NCBI RefSeq assembly: GCF_009914755.1
Contig: NC_060936.1
DNA from: the human T2T-CHM13v2.0 reference genome, Homo sapiens
Reading direction: 5' to 3' (one strand)
DNA: 64,000 nucleotides
This document shows positions 40,690-56,059 of the stretch, piece after piece. Below the pieces are notes generated by a model that made no database searches, was not told the origin of the DNA, and was given only the letters and a program-made list of their open reading frames with translations. Within the stretch, counting starts at the first letter, position 1; each line of letters opens with the position of its first letter. Both the position numbers and the translations under genes were made by a program.

Positions 40690-42055
40690 ATTTACTTATT
40701 TTTAATATAATTTTTAAATTTCGGATCCACAGAAAAGTTTTTCTTTATTTTAGAAACATTATATTTTGCATTTACAGAAAAATTACAGATGGTTCAGAGA
40801 TAGTACAGAGTTCCCATATACTCCACACCATTTCTCCTATTATTAACGTCTTATGTGAAGATGGTACATTTGTCACAGTTAATGAACCGATATTGATACA
40901 CTATTATTAACCAAGTCCAAACTTTATTTAGATTTCCTTAGTTTTTACCTAATATCCTTTTCCTGTACCACGATCCTATGCAGGATACCACAGTACATTT
41001 AATAGTCACTTTTTCTTCAGCTCTTGTTATGTGGGTCTGTTTCTTGAACTTTGTTTTGATGACCTTTAGGATTCTACAGAGTACTAGTCACATAATTTGT
41101 ACAATGTACCTCAGTTGGAATTTGTCTGATGTTTTTCTCGAATTAGACCACGGTTATCTGTTTTAGGAGGAAGACCGCAGAGGTAAGTTGCCATTCTCAT
41201 CACATCAAAGTACATATTATCAACATGACCTGGCCAGGTGTGGTGGCTCACGCCTATAATTCCAGCACTTTGGGAGGCCAAGGTGGGTGGATCAGGAGTT
41301 CAAGACCAGCCTGGCCAACATAGGGAAACCCCATCTCTACTAAAAATACAAAAATTAGCCGGACGTGGTGGCACACACCTGTAATCCCAGCTACTCAGGA
41401 GGCTGAGGCACGAGAATTGCTTGGACGCGGGAGGCAGAGGTTACAGTGAGCCAAGACCATACCACTGCACTCTAGCCTGCGTGACAAGAGTGATCCCCTG
41501 CTCCCAACCCCATCCAAATTCTACCAGTTCTTCAGAGTTTAGTGCCAATAACCCCATTCCCGGCAGCCTTCCAAGATCAAAAAAAAAAAAAAAAAAAAAC
41601 CAAACATGACCTATCACTGTTGATCTTAACCTTTATCATGAGGCTGAGCTAGTGTTTGTCAGTCTTCTCCACTGTCACATTACTCTGGAGAGCAGTGGCA
41701 TGATCACAACTCACGGCAGCCTCAACCTCCCGGGCTCAAGCAATCCCCCCACCTCAGCCTCGCAAAGTGGCTGAGATTACAAGTATAAGCCTGTAATGTT
41801 ACTTTTGTGTTTCCTCCTTTCCATATTGCACTCTTTAGAAGGAAGTCACTAAATGCATCCCAAACTTAAGGAGTGGGAAGTTACGCTGCACCTCCTTGAG
41901 GGCAGAGTATTTACATAAATTATTCAGAATTATTCTACAAAGAAGATTTGTATGTTCTCTTGTTTGTTTATTCAATCATTTATTTTTATTAGTGTGGACT
42001 CATGGATATTTGTTTTATACTTTGAGTCATGATCCAGTACCACTGTGTGCTTTTT
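40690..42055 (-). mobile_element. L1MC-like 3' region interrupted by Alus
   Basis: gtacagagttcccatatac...ggtacatttgtcacagttaatgaacc...ttggaatttgtctgatgtttttctc...ggaagtcact. Confidence 0.8.
41232..41600 (+). mobile_element. AluS carrying an 88-bp non-Alu insertion
   Basis: TSD aacatgacct; insert at 41491-41578 just before the poly-A. Confidence 0.95.
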
Positions 42056-42237
42056 AAATGATACTTGGCTCTTTCTTCCTTGGTTCACCAGTAATTGCCA
42101 AAAATCCGTTCTAAGGCAATCTTATTCCATGGCATTTTAATAGGCAATCCCCTCAAAATAGATTTTGGAGGCAAGTCATTTGAGTAATGGTGGAAAAGGA
42201 TTGGAAAGAGATCTTGACTGCATTGACTGGTCAGATT

Positions 42238-42549
42238 TTCTTTTTTTTTTTTTTTTTTTGAAGCTAGAATCTTGCTCTGTTGCCCAGGCTGGAGTGCTGT
42301 TGTGCAATCAGAGCTCACTGCAGCATTGACCTCCCAGGCTCAAGGAATCCTCCTGCCTCAGCTCTCAAGTAGCTAAGACTACAGGCATGCACCACCATCC
42401 CCAGCTAGTTGTTTTTTGTTTTGTTTTGTTTTTGTTTTTCAGAGATGAGCGGGTGGTCTTGTTGGTCTTGAACTCCTGGCCCCAATTGATCATCCAGTCT
42501 TGGCCTCCCAAAGAGCTGAAATTATAGGTGTGAGCCACCATGCCTGGCC
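42238..42549 (-). mobile_element. AluJ
   Basis: Antisense dimer. Confidence 0.9.
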
Positions 42550-42784
42550 CAAATCTTTTAATGGGCCAATAATGTGAGTAGTGAATCACTTAGAGGAAGG
42601 TCTAATAGGCAACATTTCCCTCATTTTTTTTTCCTGGAACCCTGTTCTGGGGGCAGGGGAGGAGGGACAGGTAAAGGACGCATAGGAGAAAATCATCAAA
42701 CCAGGAGCTCTTAAGAGCAAAGATTATGTTTTATCCTCCTCTTCCTCTCCAGAAATTAGTACAGAGAAGGTGCCAAGGAAAAGC

Positions 42785-43205
42785 AGTTAGATAGGTGGAA
42801 GGATAGATAGATGGATGGAAGGGTGAGTGAAAGGGTGAATGGATGGATGGATGGATGGATGGATGGATGGATGGATGGATGGATGGATGGGTAAGTGGAT
42901 GGTTATGTAAATGGCTAGATAGAAACATGGAAAGATGAACAGACAGAAGGATTTGTGGTTGATAGATGGATGGATGAATGGGTGAGTTGGTAGGTGGATG
43001 AATGGATAAATAGTTGGGTTGGTAGGTGGATGAATGGATAAATAGTTGGGTTGGTGGTGAATGAATGGATGGATAAATGAGTTGATAGGTGGATGGGTGG
43101 ATACATAGATGGGTTGGCAGGTAGATAAATGGATGGATGGATGGACAGACAGAAGGATGGATGGATGAATTGGTAGATTGGAAGGTGAATGGGTTGGTAG
43201 ATGTT
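42785..43205. repeat. (TGGA)n simple/low-complexity repeat
   Basis: Pure core at about 42840-42889 with degenerate flanks. Confidence 0.95.
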
Positions 43206-43215
43206 GACTTCCAGG

Positions 43216-43540
43216 TTTTTGTTGTTGTTGTTGTTTTGAGATGGAGTCTTGCTCTGTCACTCAGAATGGAATGTAGTTGTGTGATCTCGGCTTACTGCAA
43301 CCTCCATCTTCCAGGTTCAAGCAATTCTCCTACCTCAGCCTCCTGAGTAGCTGGGACTACAGGTGTACATCTGGCTACAGGTGTAGCCAGACTACAGGTC
43401 TGGCTCATTTTTATATTTTTAGTACAGACGGGGTTTTGCCATGTTGGCCAGGCTGGTCTCGAACTCCTGACCTCAGGTGATCTGCCCGCCTCGGCCTCCC
43501 AAAGTGCTGGGGTTACAGGCATGAGCCACTGTGCCTGGCC
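43216..43540 (-). mobile_element. AluS with a rearranged segment
   Basis: Antisense dimer with (TTG)n tail. Confidence 0.9.
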
Positions 43541-43659
43541 TCTGACTTCTTGTTTTGATACTTTTCTTTTTTAGTAGAAAGACTATCCCCCACTTCTGTT
43601 ACCCACAAGTTTCCAGAGTTAGGGCTCGAGATAATTGGTCACTGCTGACAGAGGCAGTG

Positions 43660-43880
43660 AAAATAGTGACCATTTATTATACCCTAACTCATGCCAGGCA
43701 CTTTGCATGCTCCTTCATCCTCACAACAGTCTATGTGGTAGGTATTATTATTTCTCCCCATTATTCAAAGGAAGAAACTGAAGACCAGAGAAGTCAAGAA
43801 ACTTGGACAAAGTCCCCCAGCAGGAAAAAGTGATGGAGCTGGAATTGTCGCTGAGATCTAAGTCTCTTTACTCCCTGGAT
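43660..43880 (-). mobile_element. MIR
   Basis: ggtaggtattattatttctccccatt...gaagaaactgaagaccagag. Confidence 0.8.
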
Positions 43881-44149
43881 TCCCCACAATGGCCCTAGGT
43901 CTCTAGGCTTATCATCACTTCTCATCCCTTTGCTGGGCCCCACCAGGTCAGTGGGAAGATGACAAAGATCTTCAGTGACCTGGAGAAGAGAGAGGCAACA
44001 TTACAAGACTTGCTATATCTTTTCATCCAGCACCAGGCTGCAGAATGGTCCCAGCTGAGATAGAACAGAGTCCCTGGAAACAAAGCACCAAGGGGTCTTC
44101 AGACCACATGCACGTGTGTATGTATGCATACATTTAAAGATCTATAGAG

Positions 44150-44520
<371 letters not shown>

Positions 44521-44529
44521 TTTATAGTG

Positions 44530-45230
44530 TTTTATATAGCTACCTGTGTTGCTTCCAAAAATATGATTTGAAGTAGTTGACATTTTAAAAATCCCTGCCT
44601 AGTTATGCCATTAAAATTAGAAATAAAATACAAGAGAGTTAAGTATAAAGAGAGTTGGGAGCAGAGAGGTATCCAGGCTCTCACATCAGAGGGAGTGAGG
44701 TAGGGAAAAGGCCTATACTATTAGATGCGGGAATGGGGAATATGCACAAAAAAGACTCTATTCTCTGACCGCCCTGTCTCTGCTTTTCATAGTCTTGCAA
44801 GGTCCTCATATTCCCTTAAAATTGTTTAAAAGCCACATTAAAAAAAAAGAATGTTTTTTCCTATCAGTATAGAAAGAGACAAATTACATCAGAAAATCTA
44901 GGTTAAGGCAATAATGGCAATTGAAGTCTAAACCTGGTCCTGAGCTTCCTAGCAGCCGTGGCAAAAAGGCAAATGGGTTTGTTTTCTTAGTTCTCACGGG
45001 CTTCCAAAATCAATGTTTAAGGAAAGTATAATAAAGTCTAGGTTTTCCAGAGAGAGAGACTTTTCTCCATGCTGAATCCTGAGAGGGGTATGTCCCCTGG
45101 GCCATTGGAGCCTCCATGTGACATAGAATGACCCTGAATAACATCATGGTTCAGTTTCTTTATCGCTGTTTTGCATTCTACATGTGGTTCCTTCTCATGT
45201 CAACCCTCAGCAACCACCAAGGGCTCCATC
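44530..45230 (-). mobile_element. Ancient interspersed repeat, probably L4/RTE-X
   Basis: gagcttcctagcagccgtggcaaaaagg; homologous to 10830-11150. Confidence 0.45.
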
Positions 45231-45559
45231 AGTTTGTGGCTTTTAAACAATTTGTGGCTTTTAAACAATGGGTAAGCAGTTCTCCTGGGGAAGGAATAAT
45301 TTGATCTGACTTGATCCAGGGACCAAGCTTGGATCATCTGGAGGGTGGAGGATGAGTGTCTTCGGGCGGCGGCAGCAGCAGCAGATAAGACTCCAGCAGC
45401 CCTGGGAGCAAGAGGGGGGTGTGGGAGGCAACGGACACAGGGCAGTTAACATTCCTAGTATCCAGGATTGGACCAGAGAAACCAAGTCTTTCACTCCTTT
45501 CTTCCTCCCTGGAAAGGCCTAACCAGGGCATCTGCCCACCAGGAAAAGCCCTCAGCCAA

Positions 45560-45800
45560 ACCTAGTAGAATGAGCTTTGAAATCAGATCGTCAAGACTCA
45601 AGTCCTGGATCAGATCGTCAAGGCTCAAGTGCTGGCTCTGTCGCTGGTTAGCTGTGTGACCTTGAACAAGTCTCCAAGCCTTTCTGGTTCTCCATGTCCT
45701 CATCTGGAATGCGGAAATAGTCACTGCTCCATGAGGTTGCTGAGAGCCTTAGATGAGGTAACTTTACGCATGTGAAGTCAGGTTAGTATTATAGTTGCCA
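45560..45800 (+). mobile_element. MIR with a 27-bp internal tandem duplication
   Basis: tagctgtgtgaccttgaacaagtc core; duplicate units at 45582-45608 and 45609-45635. Confidence 0.8.
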
Positions 45801-46272
45801 GTCTCCTTTCTGCCTTCATTTTCTCTCCTTGTCTTGGAACAATCCAGTGTGCTGATGGACCCCATGTGGGAGAGCAGAGCCTGATGCTTCTAGAGTGGGC
45901 TTCTTGGGGGTCCATGGCTAGGTTTTACTGTGCTCATGAACCCATGAAACAATAGGCAATATTAAGTGTACAGAGGCATTTTTCTAGGTAGAAAGTCCAT
46001 AGCTTCTATCAAGTGCCCAAAGGGACCCAGGACCCCAAGAAGCCAGCTGTCACTGCCCTGAGGGGTGGCTCTGACCCTCCTGTCCTTTGCCGCCCTAACA
46101 CCAGACTCCGGGCCCAGTCCTCAGGTCATCTGCCAGCCTCAAGCGTCATCGGGCCCCAACCTGGCTGGGTTCCTCCTTTGCCACAGCAAGGGGGATGGGC
46201 AGACCTGGTTCTTAGAAGGGTGCAGCCTTGATCTGGGCTGGTACCAGGAAATAAAGCTCCAAAAGTGTATTG

Positions 46273-46621
<349 letters not shown>

Positions 46622-47112
46622 TTAATTGGCCCTGAGTCCTGGGATGATTATCCCCATTCTAAAGGTGAGGAAACTGAGGCCCAGAGAGGGGAGTGGGAGG
46701 GCTCACTCAGAGCTAGAGGCAGTGCTGGGATTTGGGCCCAGTGCTGGTTGATTCCGGAGCCCGTGCTCTTTCCATAGTGTCACAGGGGGCCTAGGAAATC
46801 CGTGGGGGCCTGAAGATGGGAACAGGCCTGCAAGGTACCGTTGTTCAGGTTGTACCCTGCCCAGGGACATCTGGTTGAGGGAGTGGCATTGGGAGTGAAA
46901 TGCGTCTGAAATTTGGCTCGAGGCCCACTAGCCTAGGCTTGTCCTAAGGGCCTTCAACAGCCTAGAGAAAGAGTTGCCTTTCTTTTCTGGGGACAAATTA
47001 TTGTCCCCAGAATGGGGCTTTTTCCTAATGGGTCAGCCCAGAGTGAGCACCATTTTTTATCATTTCAATAAAGCCCCCAGAAAGGCTCCCTGCAATTCTG
47101 GTGGAAACACAT

Positions 47113-47455
47113 TTTTTGGGTTTGTTTGTTTGTTTGTTTGTTTGTTTTGTTTTGAGACAGGGTCTCGCTCTGTTGCCCAGGCTGTGGAGTGCTGTGGTGT
47201 GATCATAGCTCACTGCAGCTTTGACCTCCCAGGCTCAAGCAATCCTCCCACTTCATCCTTCTAAGTAAATGGGACTATAGGCATGCACCACCACACCCAG
47301 GTAATTTTTAAAATTTTTTGTAGAGATGGAGGTCTCACTATGTTGCCCAAGCTGGTCTCGAACTACTGAGCTCAGATGATCCTCCTGCTTTAACCTTCCA
47401 AAGTGCTGGGATTACCAAAGTGCTGGGATTACAGACATGAACCACCACACCCGGC
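47113..47455 (-). mobile_element. AluJ
   Basis: Antisense dimer; ccaaagtgctgggatta is duplicated; TSD gaaacacatttt. Confidence 0.9.
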
Positions 47456-48530
47456 CATGAAACACATTTTTAAAAGGTGTGCACATTGGCATGAGCTGAG
47501 ACTCTCTGCCTAGCTTCTACAATGACACTTTCAAGATGGAGTCCCATGGGACCTACCTGCCCAGAGAAGCCAGCCCAGCCTCAGCAGGCAGAAGACAGTT
47601 CCTGACACTCTCCAAGATAAGCCAGGGCCAAGGAGGAGGTGCAGGGATTGGGACATCATTTACTCTGCTCGGCTGTTCCTAGAGTGCCCCCTCCCACCCC
47701 ATCTGGCCCCCATCTCCCAACCCCCCGCTAACACATGACCCTCAGGCATGGGAGGCAGAGCCCCCTAGTAGAGAACCATAGAGACCTCAGGCCTATGGTC
47801 ATTTTCCTAGCCATGGTAGTAATCTACAAACCAGTGGTATCTTTTCAGGAAAGGGTGGGCAGGCCCTCCTGGTCCCTAGAAAATCCCTCCCATGACTGGC
47901 ATCTCCCAGAAGCATCCTCCCCAGGCCAGCCCTATGGTCACCTATAAGGACTGATTGCCCAGGTCCACCACCACTCAGCACCCATTCTGTCCTCTCTCCT
48001 TCTCCTCTCATCCTCCCACTCCCTGCTACCACTTTGGGCCTGATTAACCCCCTGAAATCTGCCATGCCACAATGACTAATCAGGCTCATGCCCTACTAAT
48101 TGGCACTCAGAGACCTGACAAATGGCTCTGCTGTGGGATTCCAGTGCTGGGCTGGGCTAACTTTCCATACCCAAGCAACCCCCAGTTTGCCCCTAAGACA
48201 GGTGGGCTGGAGCCCTAGCAGAGAGGGGGAAGCAGAGGACCCAGGACAGAGGGAGAGCCGCTTAGCAACCCTCTGATTAACTCAGGTCTGCCACTTCCTG
48301 ACTGTGTGTCTTAGAGCAAATTATCTCCCTCTCTGAGCCTGGCATTCAGACTCTGAGCTTCATCTCCAGTTTTAGCTCCTTAGGTACCCTGCTTCTTCTG
48401 CTCCATCCAAACCGCCCAATGACTGTGGTCTAGTCTCAGCACTCTGGGGGAAAAAGGTGTGTGCATTATATGTGTGCATGTGTGCATAAGTTTATTATAA
48501 ACTTTATTGATATGACAGATGTGTAGCACA

Positions 48531-48872
<342 letters not shown>

Positions 48873-49200
48873 TAGCCTTTTATTGTAGATTCCATAGAGT
48901 CAATTGATTCTCATAAAATGCTTTCATGGATTTTTGCCAAATTCTGGTATTAGTAGCCAATCTATGGTTAAAATTGATGAGCAAATGTAGTTCAGGCATG
49001 GATATTGGTTGGTATTTTCATTTACGTGTTAAAGGGTAAGCTGAAAGTGAAACAACGACATTGTATTGCAGAACTTCACTCATTCAGCAGTGATGTGAGC
49101 AACTTCTTTGTTGAATTGCATAATAATTTTTGAGTACAGGAAGAATATTTTCTCAATTTTTTATGCTATTCACTTGCAATGGCTATAAACACAACATACA

Positions 49201-49500
49201 GGCCAGGTGCAGTTGCTCACACCTGTAATCCCAGCACTTTGGGAGGCGGGGATCACTTGAGGCCAGGAGTTCGAAACCAGCCTGGGCAACGTAGCAAGGC
49301 CCCATCTCTACAAAAAAATATTTAAAAAATTAACCAGGCATGGAGGTACATGCCTGTAAGTCCTAGCTACTCGGAAGACTGAGGAGGGAGGATCGTTTGA
49401 GCCCAGGAGTTGGAGGCTGCAGTGATCTATGATCACGCCACTGCACTCCAATCTGGGAGGCAGATTAAGATCCTATATCTAAAGCAAGCAAACAAACAAA
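49201..49500 (+). mobile_element. AluJ
   Basis: Full dimer. Confidence 0.9.
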
Positions 49501-49524
49501 GTCTACAAGCACATATAAGTTTAA

Positions 49525-50157
<633 letters not shown>

Positions 50158-50639
50158 CATTTTCTGCATTACTTTCTAAGTTTGGAGTATCAACAAAACA
50201 ATAAACTAAGCCTTCATTTGTATCACTTGCCAATTTCTGTGGTGTAAATACTCTAATTTCAAACCACCAACATGATGTTAGTAAATGCAGAGAGGGGGAG
50301 AGATGGGTAGATACTATTATATGGTTATCTCCACTGTATAGATTCCACAGATGCAAATAACCTTAAGAAATTATTTGCATCTATTGAATATATATTATAC
50401 AGATAATAGCAAGATGTAGTAAAGCACTAAGGATTGATGAGTTTTGAGTATTTATTACTGTTTTAATATGAATGTATTTAGCTATATGTTTATATAATTT
50501 AAATTTTAATAATCACCAAATGTTGTATAAGGAAGAATTTGACTGGCTTTTGTCTCTTATTCCTGGGAGGGAGACTCTAAATCCTTGGAATTTCTCAGAG
50601 TAATAGGAGTGACTTCGTTATTTATGAGCCCTTTGGCTT

Positions 50640-50937
<298 letters not shown>

Positions 50938-50939
50938 TA

Positions 50940-51228
50940 TTTGTTTTGAGATGGGATCTTGCTCTGTCACCCAGGCTGGAGTGCAGCGACATGATCACGA
51001 CTTGCTACAGCCTCAATGTCCCAGACTCAAGTGATCCTCCTGCCTCAGCCTCCCGAGTAGCTAGGACTACAGACACACACCACCACACCCAGGTAATTTT
51101 TTTATTATCTGTTAAGACAGAGTCTCACTATTTTGCCTAGGCTGGTCTCGAACTCCTGGGCTCAAGCAATCCTCTCACCTTGGCTTCCCAAAGTACTGGG
51201 ATTATAGGCATGAGCTACTGCACCCATC
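50940..51228 (-). mobile_element. AluJ
   Basis: Antisense dimer. Confidence 0.9.
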
Positions 51229-52094
51229 TTATATGCCCTTTGGATCACACCTGAGTTTATACTAAGAGATGAAATGACTCAGGATGGGGTTGGTCACCAG
51301 AAAAATGAACCATGTGATTAGAAAGTCTCTGAGGCTCCTAACCTCCAGGTGGGGGAGATGTCTGCAGATTGGCTTCAGTCATATGGCCATTATTCAATCA
51401 CGTCTACATAATGCACCCACAGTAAAAACTCTTGACACCAAAGCTCAATAGAGCATCCTGGCTGGTGAGCACACTGATGTGCTGGGAGGGTGATATGCCA
51501 TGACCCCACGGGGAGAGAAGCTCTGAGGTCAGGACCCTCTCAGACCTCACCCTATATGTCTCTTTATTTGGCCAGTCCCAATTTTATCCTTTATAATAAA
51601 ACTGTAATTGTAAATATAGTGCTTTTCTGAGTTCTGTGAGCCACTCTAGCAAGTTACCAAATATGAGGGGGGTCATGGAAACTCCTGAATTTGTGGCCGG
51701 TTGGTCATATGTGCAGGTGGCTTAGGGATCCCTGATCTTGCACTTGACATCTGAAAGGAGGGCAGTATTGTTAGGACTCAGATGCTAACTCTGGGTGGTC
51801 AGCATCTAAATTGGATTGAATTGCGGTACACCAGCAGGTATCAGATACTGTGTTTAACAACTGGCTTATAAAATTCCTGAAATTGTAGCAGTTGGGTTTC
51901 ACTGAGGTGGCACAAGCACCCCTGCCTTGTACTACCTATGAGCCTTCACATATGCCATTCCTCCTTCTGGAATGCCCTCTTTACACTCAGCTTCATTCTT
52001 TATTGACTGAGTTATTCAAAATCTTTCTTGAGTGCATGCTCTGCATCAAGCACTATGCTAGGAGCTTGGGAAAGCGAAGAAAATAGACAACCTC

Positions 52095-52545
52095 TGCAGT
52101 GGGTGCTATCAACACCCCACTCAGGTCCTGTGGGATCCTTTTGTCTATTGCTCTGCACCACTCTGCCAGCTTCCATGTGCTGTCCTTCATCTGCCTGCAC
52201 TTGAGACTCTTCCTCAAAGGACTATCTCTGGGCTTCTGGAGCCACTCTTCTGCCATGTGCAGAGACCCCAGGGGTCTCTCCCTTCACCTTTCTGCTAGGA
52301 CAGTTCTTAGTCAATGACTGACAGCGAGCATGAAAGCCCAGCTTTCTTGCCTCAGACCAAGATAACCCTGCCATGTAACTCACACTCCAGAGCTCCTGTG
52401 TGGGACCATGAGTCTTGTCCTGAGGTTGTACCCTGCCTGGCTTCCTTCCCTTCCCTGTCCTGTTTTCCCCACACCCTTCCTCATCTCCCTTGGGATCACT
52501 GGCTTAAACCATCATTTGCACACCAATTCTTGTCTCAGTGTCCAA
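52095..52545 (+). mobile_element. ERVL LTR (LTR16-like)
   Basis: cacactccagagctcctgtgtggga...cccttccctgtcctg...catttgcacaccaattcttgtctcag. Confidence 0.65.
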
Positions 52546-52970
52546 ACCATCTCTGTTCTGTGGAGCTCACAGTCCAGTGGGAAGCCCCCAGCCAAGAAAA
52601 AAAAACACCCCACATTTCTTTACAAATGAAGATCAGTGCTCTGAAGGAGCAAGAACAGGGTCTCTGAAAGCTGTAGCTCAGACCTGCCCAGTCAGAGCAA
52701 CTAAGGAAGGCTCCCTTGAGGAAGGGGTGCTTCTTATAGGATGAACTCTGAAGGATGAGGGGGAGTTTAGCCAGGTTAAGGAGCTGAGAGGCTTTGCAGG
52801 CAGGTGGCCTAGCAGGTGCAAAGGCCCTGTGGTAGGAGAGAGAGAGAGGTGGGTGTGGCCTGGAATGCAGAGTGAGATGAAGCTGGAGGAATTGGCAGAA
52901 ACAAGACAAGACTGTGTGGCTTGTCAGCCTGAGTGGAGATTGGGGTCCATGTTCTGACAGGACTGGAAAC
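52545..52970 (-). mobile_element. L2
   Basis: tggagctcacagtccagtggg...ggaaggctcccttgaggaagg...gcaggtgcaaaggccctgtgg. Confidence 0.75.
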
Positions 52971-54001
52971 ACACCTCGCATGGCAAGAGATTTAAATTTT
53001 GAAATTTATCCAATTGTAAAATATAAAAGATCTTCAAGTCACAGGAATTAACCATGTGAATCAGCCCACCCAATGAAGAAGGTGACTGCATGAACAAGCA
53101 TGTTCACTGCGGTGGTGTGTGTGATAGAAAAGGAAACAGAGAAGCAACCTGAATGTCTGCCAAGAGAGGACAGGTTTAATACATTTGGCTATTCATTCAT
53201 CGGCTCCTCTATCACCTTTAAAAAGCATGAGGGAGATGTGGACGTGCTCACACAGAACTCCCTCTAGGCTGAGCTGTCGGGTGCAGAAAAAAAAACACGC
53301 AAATTAGATTGTTGTACGCTCACATCCTCTGAGAAACAGGGTGTATCCAGAAAACATTGACAGAGAGTTAACACACATACACACAATTGTTAAAAGCAGC
53401 TACCATGGTGTATGACACATAGTAAACAGTCAATAAATAGTCGAGTGACCAACTGATGAATGAATGAATGAATGAATGAATGCCTTGTTGCTTCTGGGGA
53501 GTAGGAATGAAGGTCAGAGAGAGTTTTACTTTTTTATCTTCTATGCTTGCCTGTGACTAATTGTTTTCTATTTGCATATTTTCTTTTATAATTTTAGCTT
53601 TTGAAGTATAATTTACAGACAACAAAATTCACTGGTTTTAAGTGTATAGTTTGATGAGTTTTCACAAACACATACAGTCATGTAAACAACAACACAATCA
53701 CTATGTAGAACATTTCCCCACATTTTCCTCCCTGCTGGGGCCCCAGCTTTGCCTCCTTTCTTGCCTTCGTCCTGAGAAAGGAAGTTGAGCCCAGAGAGGA
53801 GGCAGGAGGGAACCCGGGCCCCTCTGAGGGAATTACCTCGTTTAATCCCCACACAGCCTGGCATGGTACGAGGCTCCCTGTTTTAGAGGGGAAGGACAGC
53901 TCAGAGGGTGATGAACTGAGGATTCATCTCCTCCCCTGTATTGGCCTACTGAGATGCTTGGAAGCCCTTCAAGATCAAGGAGTGAAGGAAAAAACATCCT
54001 A

Positions 54002-54341
<340 letters not shown>

Positions 54342-54345
54342 GGGG

Positions 54346-55057
<712 letters not shown>

Positions 55058-56059
55058 CTACTTGGGTCCATCTCTCCGCTGCCCCCACTGCACCGCCATG
55101 AGCTAGCCCAAACCCCTCCAGCTGTGACCTGTCTGACTACAGGAGGCGGAACGAAGGAGTCCCTCCCTACCTGCAGGGTGGAACGTTGGACCCCAGGGTT
55201 GGGAAGACGGAAGGAAGTAGACAGCCTCAGGAGACCCAGCTACCTGCCTCGCTAAGAGCTGTTCCTCCTACCTTCCTATTTATATTTCTTGTCGCTTTCC
55301 CTACCAATAAAATGGTAATAATCCATTTTTAGCACCCCCAAAGTCCCTACTGCTGGGCTCAGGGACACGAGATGCAGTCTCTGGCTGTCCATAAACACGA
55401 GAGACAGATGTTGTCAACATCTGGAGACAAGGGAGGCCCTGTTTGTGCCTGGGTCTGGGAAGTGTGCCCATCTGGGAGGAGTGTTCCAAGGGTAGGAGGC
55501 CCCCATCTGTCACTCACCTGGACTGAGGACACTTCCACCCCAGAGGAAGGCCCCTAGGCCCTGGCCAGGGCTTCCAGGCTTGGAGCCCCTTTGGAGGGGA
55601 AGCTGGGCAGGCGCCGACTGCCAGGAGGGGACTTCAAAGGCTCCCCTAATCCCTGTGACATTTTCAGACACAGGAGTTGGCTTTTTTCATGCTGAGGATC
55701 AAAGCCCAGAGCTTTATAAATAACCCTCATAAAAGCCAAGGAGCTTGTAAAGTCAAACAGTAAGTCACAAAGAGTGTGAGCCTTTCGGAGTAGGAGAGAG
55801 GCTGGGGAAGTCCAGCCCCTATCCTCGCTCCACCCCACCAGATGGCCACTCACCAGCACTCCCGGATGAGCCGAGAGATAGAAGGCCCAGTGGGAGGTCA
55901 GGAGGAAGGTCTGGGGGTGGCCTGGGTTGGACTTGGAGGTTCCTCTGCCACCCCTAATAGACATCCTAGATCTGGCCATTCATTCATTAAATCATTCTTT
56001 TGCTCATTCATTCTTTCAGTCAATCAGTCAATCAACAAACATTTCCTGATCCCATCCGT

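Noticed and set aside
41491-41578. Cloning chimera, because both ends of the 88-bp duplicate carry GATC (Sau3AI/MboI site)
   Set aside because: Four substitutions between the copies and loss of Alu bases argue for a real, old event. Not formally excluded without read data.
45365-45385. GGC/CAG triplet run as a coding or disease repeat
   Set aside because: Only about 6 units, with no supported exon.
55260-55330. AATAAA as a transcript 3' end
   Set aside because: A single hexamer with no supporting upstream exon or clear downstream GU-rich element.
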